Positions 54,195-64,000 of a stretch of DNA of 64,000 nucleotides are shown here, piece after piece. Under the pieces are notes generated by a model that was not told the DNA's origin, did not search any database, and was given only the letters and a program-made list of their open reading frames with translations. The first letter of the stretch is position 1. Each line of letters starts with the position of its first letter. Source of the stretch: Octopus vulgaris. Its lineage: Eukaryota. A program made the translations under genes and the position numbers. The DNA is taken from positions 58,218,001-58,282,000 of the forward strand of contig OX597814.1 in assembly GCA_951406725.2 (NCBI GenBank), read 5' to 3'.

Positions 54195-54224
<30 letters not shown>
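54002..54224. repeat. Compound (TAA)(TGA)(CAA)(GAA) microsatellite
   Basis: Direct reading. Confidence 0.95.
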
Positions 54225-54225
<1 letters not shown>

Positions 54226-54608
54226 GAAAAAGAAGACGAAGAAAAATAAGAAGAGAAAGAACAGCAACAATAACAAAGGAAATAATGGCAACAAACTCAT
54301 TTTGTTTGACAATAATAAGAGAAGTAAACCACCTTGTGTTACAGAAGAAATGATTTCAAAGCAGAAAGATATGAAAACATTCTAGCAGTTTGTTTAATGT
54401 GTGTAGCAGAAACATAAAAGATGCTTTTAAAGAACTGAAATTGATACTGATGGAGTGAATGGAAACAATAAAATGGATAAAAGTCACAACTATTTCCACA
54501 AACTAAATAAATAGTAAACCCAAAGTAATTGCAGACTGCCCACACAAACAAAAAAAAAATGCTTGCGAAGGCATGCATTACGATCAAAATAATTTCAAGA
54601 GGAGTAAT

Positions 54609-54815
54609 ATCTATTTCTTTACTACTCACAAGGGGCTAAACACAGAGAGGACAAACAAGGACAGACAAACGGATTAAGTCGATTATATCGACCCTAGTGC
54701 GTAACTGGTACTTATCTAATCGACCCCCGAAAGGATCAAAGGCAAAGTCGACCGCGGCGGAATTTGAACTCAGAACGTAACGGCAGACGAAATACCACTA
54801 AGCATTTCGCCCGGC
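54609..54815 (-). mobile_element. tRNA/Nin-type SINE copy
   Basis: Reverse complement of the 31318-31550 family. Confidence 0.9.
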
Positions 54816-55512
54816 ATCAAAGGGGCCTAATTTACACCGGGAAAAAGTAACCTGCCACCAGAGTGAGAGATGATTTGCTCTGATGTATGTAAAAATAATT
54901 TAGTAATTAATAACGATCAAACCGACAACTGTAGACGGTGTTTATAAAGAGTTTACGTTGATATATTATCTTGGGGCTATTTATACTGTATTTCGGAGGC
55001 GGAGGACCTTCAGGTGCACTAGTAATGATGTACGTAAAGCATATGTGTAAATGTGCGTCTTTAGCCATGAAGCGAGGCAAGTAAGCTGACTTTCATGGAA
55101 TAACCTTATCGGAAGAATGGATTTTTATGCCCTGATAACAATAGAAGCAAGTATCTCGGCATATCGGAATTCGATAATATGCATAAATGAATAACTAAAA
55201 GGAAGGACACAATAAGATATTTGATAAATGCGATAAACTATAGGAGATTGCCGTCAAAACTTACCGTGCTGGAATAGGGAATTGGATGAAATAAATACAT
55301 GAGACAAAGGAAATGAAATAATAAAAAAAAAGTCCCTTACTATACATGGAGCGCTTCATGCATAGGCAAATGCAACTTAGACATGAAACGGAAAATTGGA
55401 GAGAAAGGTACTTCTCATTGTGTGGATAGAAATTAGGAGTCAGTAAATCAGTGCCTTGCAAAGCGTTAAGAACAATTTAAGCATGTTGCGATAAAAGAAA
55501 TCATCATCATCA

Positions 55513-55585
<73 letters not shown>

Positions 55586-55840
55586 CATTATTATTATCAT
55601 TATTATTATTGTTGTTGTTGTTGTTAAGACTGAGCTGTCATAATCGTTAGCACGCTGGTTAGCGGTATTTCATTAATCGTTACGTTCTGAGCTTTCCATC
55701 TTTTCGGTGTCGCTAAAATAAATATCGGTTGAGTACTGGGTCTATGTAATTGACTTATTCCTCCCATCCCATCAAAATTGCTGATCTCGTGCCACGACTA
55801 GAAAGAATTATTATTGGTGCTGCTTTTATAGTTGTTGGTG

Positions 55841-55915
<75 letters not shown>

Positions 55916-56539
55916 GTTTCTTTTTATTTATGGTTTCATTTCATTTCAGCCACCTTAGTACCGGGCATCCTCCGAAGGCTAAGAGAAGCAAGGGCACTTT
56001 TGTTTTGCTATGCAAGCTAAAATTATCACCACATTTATTCCATTTTAGGTGCAATAAATTTGGTGTCCATCAAATTTATTGTTGTTTGTAGTTCATGGCG
56101 ATTGGAATTACCAGAGAGTTGCTTAATATACTTATCAGGTCACTTCTTTATCATTTCCAATGCACCAATTACTACTGGTATAGTTGTAGTACTAAATTTC
56201 AACATAGAATTATAAGGCGGCGAGTTGGCAGAATCATTAGCGTGCCGGGCGAAAGGCAGAGCGGTATTTCGTCGGCCTTTACGTTCTGAGTTCAAATGTT
56301 TATATTGTATATGGCTAAAATAGTTGTTCTTAGGCATTTGGTAAATCCTTTCTATTCAGTATACTTGTTTTTTCTTCTGCATTATCATTGCTGTTTTACA
56401 TTTTGTTCTTTCAAGTCTAACGAACACTAATCATAGCTTATCAACTAAAGATGTGTTTTCTTTATTTTTTACGTTGAGATCATTCTAGAAATTTATGTTT
56501 TATTAACATTAGAAACAATTCACAGCATTTATTTAATGA

Positions 56540-57011
56540 TATCTTGGTCGTTACCCGTCACTACGCTGCCAGTAAAAGTATTTGTTAATCATACACGTAC
56601 CATCATAAATTGTTCAAAATGGAAGTATTTTCCTGTATGTTGAAACACACACAAACACACACACTCACACACAATATAAACAAACAAAAAACTTTGTATT
56701 TTATATCAACATATAGTCGTTTTTGAATTATGTGCTGCGTTGTGTTGACTTGCACTTAAAATTCCTGCGTTTTAAATAAAAATTTGTCACCTTAGTAAAA
56801 GGTGATAAGAGTACCCATTTATCTTGCACGCATGCACACACACACACTCACAAACATACATACATACTCTTTCTCTCCTCTCGCTCTTCTACTTTCTCTC
56901 ACAGTATATCTCTCTAAGCAAAAAACTTTTCTCCTCCTCTTCTGTCCTCTGTACACAGATGTTGTGACGGTCAGACAGACGCAGATCAGCGTATGTTTTA
57001 TAAAGTAAGAT
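56540..57011 (+). mobile_element. Possible non-autonomous Helitron/Helentron-like element
   Basis: 5' gttacccgtcactacgc, internal CA/CT microsatellites, 3' cagacagac...ttttataaagtaagat. A similar end (ctttataataagagat) occurs near 135-150. Confidence 0.35.
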
Positions 57012-57959
57012 TTAATGCCTGCATGACTATCCTTAAACGAAGACAGTCAAATAGTGAAATCGTTCTGAGGTGCATTGAAATCTAAGCGTGTGAGCTTTAA
57101 ATAAAATAACACTTTTGTTTAAATAACGTATATTGTCTTACATTCAAAGTAGCTTCAATTCTGTTTAAGTAGAAACCCGAAACAACTCTCGTGGTATATT
57201 AGCAATATTTATTGTGAGCTTTGTTAATGGAAACATGTCTCTGTAATTTAGTTATTGCTATCTGTGATGTCATTCCATTATCTATTGCATAGACTGTTGC
57301 TTTTGATGTTTTATTATTGCTGTGCTGATTGTAATTCTTACTATTACTGCTGTCGAGTCTTCATGTTGTTTTTAGTGCCCCTAGTGGTCCTTTCTGCTGC
57401 CATTGCTGTCATTGTTACGCATAATAAAACAAACAAGAGAAAACTTTTGCGTTGTTACTACAGTGGAACATTTTACATACATATTTTTATTAATCTGTTG
57501 ATGTTTATAGTCCAGCTGTTCGAGATCCCGTCATTGATCTTTTATCGTTTGTTGCTGACGCGACGATGTTGGATTTTGCTATTAATGCCGTCACTAGTGC
57601 TGCTACTGGTGTTCAAGGTACTTTTATGATATGGTTGTTTTTTTTATGCTTTCATTGGTATTACTTGCAGTAAATCTGATTGGAAATAACGGAATAAATT
57701 TATGCATTTGCTCATTTCATTTACTTTTATGGCCGATAATATTGTTATTTTTTTACACTGGTGCTGTATTTCTTTCACAGAATGGTAAAATACTCCATTA
57801 ATTTCAAGTATTGGTTTCTCTTAATGAAACTTGTGCTGCATTTTGTATGGAAAATGTGCTGTAAATCACCCATTAATTAAAGAGAATTTGTACATTAATA
57901 TTGCAACTTGAGACGCCTTTAACGCTATATTGCGTTCTTATGAGTGTATATATATAGAG

Positions 57960-58071
<112 letters not shown>

Positions 58072-58217
58072 GTTCTTCTGTGTGTATGTGCTTGAGTATC
58101 TTTGTGTGCATAAAGGAGCATATATGCGTGAGAACATACGCGCGCAAACACTCACACACAAACCCAGTTGTGCGTATGTATGTAACACTCTATCTAGCTC
58201 TCCCTTTATATGTGTGC

Positions 58218-58249
<32 letters not shown>

Positions 58250-58252
<3 letters not shown>

Positions 58253-61070
58253 AGATGACCTCACACCCCAAGTCTTAATGACATACTCAAATTCGGTATG
58301 TGACACTTTAATTGTATACATAAGACAACATAATATAGTCATATGCACTACATATTGCCCACCGGATGCCCCAAATCACACAGGCAAGTTTGAAGATTGC
58401 CTCACAAGAATTAAAGAAATCCTCATGAATCTGGAACACCACGTGCCCATATTTCTTATGGGTGATTTCAACTTCCCCAACGTCAAATGGCCCGAAGGTC
58501 ACATACTCTCAGGAATGAATCATTGCAAGCAAGTACAGGTGGAGTCCCTGCTCAACCTCACCAATGCCTTATTCATGGAGCAAGTTGTACTTAAGCCAAA
58601 TTAGGGCGAATAACATTCTGGATCTCTGCTTCACAAACAATATGGACATCATTCATGATGTGAAAGTGACACCGACATCAGTTTCGGATCACAACATAAT
58701 AGAGCTGTCTATGTTTGGGCCAAAAGTAACCAGAGACATACAGCCTAAAGGAAGCACCCGAAATCTCTCCAATATGAACTTCCACAAAGCAGAATGGAAA
58801 TCGATCCAAAAAGAGATCCTCAGAGAGGACTGGCCCGAATGTTTCTCCACACCAGACGTTGACATGAAACTAGAATATTTCACGTCTTCTGTGCACGCCG
58901 TATGCCAGAAATATGTCCTTCAGCACAAGGCCAAAACAAATAGGAGCAAGATTCCAAGAGACAGGAAGATCCTCATGAGACGACGGACGAAGGTTGCAAA
59001 TCGTCTCAAGCAACATCCCAAAAGTAGCGAAACGTCCCGCCTAAAAACAACACTGATGGAGATCGAAAAAAGGCTGCAACAATCCTATGTGAAGGAGAAA
59101 GCAGACAAAGAAGCCTGGGTTATAAAAACATTAAATCAAACCCAAAGGCCTTCATTCATTACGCGAAAGAAACAGTCTCAGTGCACTACAAGATAGGACC
59201 CTTCCTCCAAAAGGATGGCTCCCTCACTGACAGTCCAACTAAAATCAGTGAGATGCTGAATGACCAGTTCAAAAGTGTATTTACCACCCCGTTGGAACAC
59301 AGACAAGTGAACGAACCAGTGGACTTCTTTGCCGCCTCACCTATAACCAGCGAGGCGGTTACAATAGAAAGAATTGACATTAGCGAAAAAGATGTCCTGC
59401 TAGCCATAGATGAAGTGGACACAAACTCAGCTGCTAGTCCAGATGGTTTCCCAGCCATCCTCCTCAAAGCGTGTAAGCATGCCCTGGCAAAACCCCTCAA
59501 GATTCTCTTCCAGAGCTTTCTTGCGAATGGCAAACTGCCAAGCAAGCTGAAGGAGGGAATAATATGCCCAATACATAAAGGGGGAAGTAGAGCATATGCC
59601 AAAATATATAGGCCTATCTCTCTGACTTCACACATCAGCAAAGTCATGGAGAGGATAGTCAGAAAGAAACTAATCGCATTCCTTGAGGAAACTAACTTGC
59701 TGAGTGATACCCAGCATGGTTTTCGACCAGGTAGGGGCTACCTGATCCAGCTCTTACAGCATTATGACTGGGTGTTGATGCAGTTACTCAACAAATCAAA
59801 TGTGGATGTAATCTACCTTGATTTTGCAAAAGCTTTTGACAAGGTGGATTATGGTATGATATTCCACATACTGCGTGACCTCGGCATAACTGGAAAACTT
59901 GGAATGTGGTTGCACGACTTCCTGAAAGATAGGAGTCAGGCAGTAGTGGTTAATGGAGCCACTTCTATGAACACACAAACAGTGAGCGGTGTTCCACAGG
60001 GCACTGTCTTGGGACCATTGCTTTTTATAGTGGCCCTCTCAGATATGCCCTCAAATGCCCGGATAGCTACTCTGGCCAGCTATGCAGACGATCCGAAAGT
60101 CTCGCAGAAAATACAGAACCCCAGCGATGTTGCACACCTGCAGCAGGAGTTGGACTCAGTCTACAGATGGGCTGAGGATAATAATATGCAGTTTAATGCT
60201 GAAAAGTTCCAGACCCTGCGCTACCAGCATCCAAAACTGAATATTAAACTTACAGTATACACCGGTCCACAGGGAATTTCAATCCCAGAGCCTAAGTCTG
60301 TGAGGGACCTGGGTATCGACATGAGTGAAGATACCTCTTTCCAAGTGCACATTACCAGGATGGCGACAAAGTGCAGACGACTGGCTGGGTGGATCCTAAG
60401 AACATTCAGAACCAGATATAAGGAAACCATGATGGTCCTCTGGCGGACATTCGTCCTCAGCCGTCTGGATTCCTGCTCACAGGTATGGTCACCCACCAGT
60501 GTAAAATTAACAGCGGACCTTGAAGCAATCCAGAGAAGATTCACAAAGAAGATCGTCTCTTTGCAACAGCTCAGCTACTGGGAAAGGTTGAAACAGCTAA
60601 GACTCTACTCCCTGGAGAGAAGACTGGAGAGGTATGCAGTGATATATGTCTGGAAGATCCTGGAAGGAATTGTGCCAAATTTTGGCATTGTAAGCTACAC
60701 CAATGCTAGAACGGGACGACACTTCATAGTGCCAAAGATCCCAGCAATGCCATCACGCTTCAGGACCAGCTTCTGCAACAGCCTGGGTTTCAAGGGCCCA
60801 TAGCTTTTTAATATTCTCCCAAAGAGTCTGAGGAACTTGCACAAAGTAGATGTAGCGGTTTTTAAATCAAAGCTGGACATCTTCCTGTCAAGAGTCCCAG
60901 ATGAACCTACCTCACGGCAAGAGGTGCAAATGAGAGTAGCTATATCAAACTCCTTTCTTCATCAAGTGCCACATATTAGACGAGGTTCGTCGTAATAACA
61001 GTGTAGCACAAAACGGCGGTGCATCAGCATGGCCGCAGCTCTGAGCTGAAACTAGAAAAAAAAAAAAAAA
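58250..61070 (+). mobile_element. 5'-truncated CR1-type LINE ORF2 (APE endonuclease and RT) with 3' stem-loop and poly(A)
   Basis: APE motifs TYCPP, MGDFN, LDLCFTN, SDHN; RT motifs YRPISLTS, QHGFR, YLDFAKAFDKV, SGVPQGTVLGP, YADD; LERRLER. Two frameshifts and one stop; (TA)n on both sides. Confidence 0.95.
59181..60803 (+). pseudogene. CR1-type reverse transcriptase reading frame (540 aa fragment)
   Basis: All core RT motifs are present; the stop at 60803 interrupts a frame that continues downstream. Confidence 0.92.
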
Positions 61071-61534
61071 TATATATATATTTATATATATAATGTTAGA
61101 TATAAGTTAGAAAGCTTGACACCACAAGCAAAACAATCTATCATCATCTTTGTAGGATCATACGGGATTATGAGATTAACGTTAATGGTGATGAAAACAG
61201 AGAAAGGCACTATCATGTTTTTTTCTTTTAGCGACGATTATCATGTCCCAAGGAAGGACTGTTTTTAGTGATTTAATATTCTTGGAAATGACATGCTACC
61301 GATTCCTCTTCACTTAAAATAACGTGCTTGGAACGATTACGGTTTCTAGAAATTATGCATGGGGGAGATCTAGACATATCAGAGTCGTTATATTCGGATA
61401 TCTACTTACAATATTTGCTTTGTACTTACAAAGCGGACATTACAATCTGCTCTGCGATCTTTTACTGCACAAAATAAATGGAATGACAAATATGGTGTGA
61501 AAGTATCGGGTTATTACTCTTATCGTTCTTAAAC

Positions 61535-61787
<253 letters not shown>

Positions 61788-61913
61788 AAATAGTAAGGAG
61801 TGAAAAAACGACAGAAGGCTTAAATGTTAAAAAATATATATATTTGCGTCAATATGTCTGAAGAATATTACAAAATTAAAAAAAAATTTTCTCTTATAAT
61901 GGCATAATTTTTA

Positions 61914-61952
61914 AAGAAAGACCGGTTTCGCGTGTAGCTTTTCAAATTTCTT
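61914..61952 (-). ncRNA. Hammerhead motif in the inverted PLE arm
   Basis: Reverse complement of 63388-63426. Confidence 0.7.
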
Positions 61953-62388
61953 GTGACGTTATGTTTATGTTGAATAGAGTTATCGTTGTGTTTATGCTCC
62001 GGAGAGTTCTAAATAAGGGAAGGTAGTGGGTGATTTCTTCCGGTGTAAGGGAGATAATCGCTTAAAAATGTTTTTCCCTTTCCCTTAATGTGAATTTCTC
62101 TGTAACAGTATGTTCGGATGGTTGAGTCTGGGCTTGTACTTTTCAATGAAGAATGTTTCCTTGTTTAGTCTAATTTGTGTTGATGATCCGAAAGCACATT
62201 GGTAAAATGGAAAGATTAACAATTGTGGTAGTAGTTGCTTTGCGCATTTCTCATGTGCTCACTACAAGGTATCATTCTATATTCTGGGAATGCAATCTGT
62301 TGTCGATGCAGTGTGCATCTACGTCTGAGTGATAGTCCCGTGGAACCCACGTAGTCTTGGTGGCAGCCCGAGCATTTTATGACATAAA

Positions 62389-63256
62389 ATTCATGCCACC
62401 CAAGACACACTAAAACAAATATCCCCTTCAACGTTGCAAGAAGGATATGCACAATAGTGTCAGAACAAAATACCAGAAACTTTAGACTGCAAGAACTCAA
62501 AAACACCCTAATTGACAGACATTACCCAGCTCAACTCATAGAGGATGGGATCAGACGTGCAACAGAAATCAACATAGAAACTTTAAGAAAAGTTCAACAC
62601 AACAACACACCTTCCCCGAAAATACTACCTTACATATCTACATACAACCCCAGAAACAAAGAAGCCTTCACCATCATCACCCAGAATTTACCAATACTTC
62701 ATAAAAACCCCAAATTAAAGGAAATTCTAAACAAACACCAAATCATTAAAAGCTACAAACAGCCTAAATCACTTAAAAAGATTCTCACAAAGGCAAAATT
62801 GTCTTCTGAAATTACGGATGCAAGAGTAAAAAAATGTGGTAGATCGAACTGTGCAACATGTCCTAACCTGCTAGAAGGATCAGAATTCCACTTTAAAGAG
62901 GGACAGAATTTCAAGATCAAATCTAACTTTACTTGTGCCTCTGAAAACATAATTTATGTCATAAAATGCTCGGGCTGCCACCAAGACTACGTGGGTTCCA
63001 CGGGACTATCACTCAAACGTAGATGCACACTGCATCGACAACAGATTGCATTCCCAGAATATAGAATGATACCTTTTAGTGAGCACATGAGAAATGCGCA
63101 AAGCAACTACTACCACACTTTTTAATCTTTCCATTTTACCAATGTGCTTTCGGATCATCAACACAAATTAGACTAAACAAGGAAACATTCTTCATTGAAA
63201 AGTACAAGCCCAGACTCAACCATCCGAACATACTGTTACAGAGAAATTCACATTAA
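62389..63256 (+). pseudogene. PLE RT thumb and GIY-YIG endonuclease, with one frameshift near 63088
   Basis: KKCGRSNCATC, NIIYVIKCSGCHQDYVGSTG, RCTLH; after the frameshift EKCAKQ...RLNKETFFIEKYKPRLN. The Cys linker resembles Neptune/Naiad-type PLEs. Confidence 0.9.
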
Positions 63257-63387
63257 GGGAAAGGGAAAAAAATTTTAAGCGTTTATCTCCCTTACACCGG
63301 AAGAAATCACCCACTACCTTCCCTTATTTAGAACTCTCCGGAGCATAAACACAACGATAACTCTATTCAACATAAACATAACGTCAC

Positions 63388-63426
63388 AAGAAATTTGAAA
63401 AGCTACACGCGAAACCGGTCTTTCTT
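63388..63426 (+). ncRNA. Minimal PLE hammerhead, U3-A8 core variant
   Basis: AAGAAA-t-TTGAAAA-GC-tacac-GC-GAAA-CCGG-TC-TTTCTT; palindromic ACCGGT; GUC triplet; located in the PLE 3' repeat, where HHRs are expected. Confidence 0.75.
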
Positions 63427-63639
63427 TAAAAATTATGTCATTATAAGAGAAAAAAATTTTTTTTTTTAATTTTGTAATATTCTTCAGACATATTGACGCA
63501 AATATATATATTTTTTAACATTTAAGCCTTCTGTCGTTTTTTCACTCTTTACTATTTTCTATATATTCACCCACGTGCTTTCAGAAACCAACTTTCTTAT
63601 CTATCTATCTATCTATATATATATATCTCTATATATATA

Positions 63640-63850
63640 TATGTCTTTGTGTCTGTGTTTCTTATCCTCCCCAACACTCCTTGACAGCTGGTGCTGTTGT
63701 GTTTACGTACCAGCGGTTCGGCAAAAGAGACCAATAGAATAAATACCAGGTGAAATAAAGATAAGTATTGAGGTTGTTTCATTCGAAAACAATTCCTCAA
63801 GGTGATGAACCAGCATAGTCGCAGTCTAACGACTGAAGCAAGTAAAGGTT
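63640..63850 (+). mobile_element. 3' half of a CORE-type SINE
   Basis: gtgtttacgt...gcggttcggcaaaagagaccaatagaataa...ggtgatgaaccagcatagtcgcagtctaacgactgaagcaagtaaa. Confidence 0.8.
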
Positions 63851-64000
63851 ATACTGTAAAAAAGAAGCGATGAACACTTGCTCTAATCAGTCTTTTTGCA
63901 TACGAGATATAAGAACAATATACAATGGGGTACAGATAGTTCCTGGCTCTGAGGGTGTCACAAAAGACCTGGTCTGACGCCCAACCTTCCGTGTTCCTTT

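Noticed and set aside
54975-55020. CTGAAGG...GAAATACAGTATA on the minus strand
   Set aside because: The stem II region is pyrimidine-rich and cannot pair; no stem I.

Overview
AT-rich eukaryotic DNA, dense in repeats and microsatellites, with no intact host protein-coding gene that I can support. The repeat complement looks like a coleoid cephalopod (Octopus-like) intron or intergenic region; this is an inference from the repeats. Recognisable elements: a near-full-length but disrupted R4/Dong-type RLE non-LTR retrotransposon inside a co-oriented stack of related fragments in (TAA)n, two CR1-type LINEs, RTE and L1/Tx1-like fragments, two mariner remnants, many tRNA-derived SINEs, and a 5'-truncated Penelope-like element (PLE; GIY-YIG) with a ~600-bp inverted arm. 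The most striking pattern is about a dozen hammerhead-ribozyme (HHR) motifs, mostly with palindromic stem III, in several apparently unrelated small non-coding elements. Several of these have PLE-style terminal redundancy or 5' inversions. They include a 350-bp retrozyme-like unit and a tRNA-headed (Pol III) SINE carrying an HHR. Together they suggest a family of ribozyme-bearing non-autonomous retroelements mobilised by PLEs. All structures were read by eye; most element boundaries are approximate.
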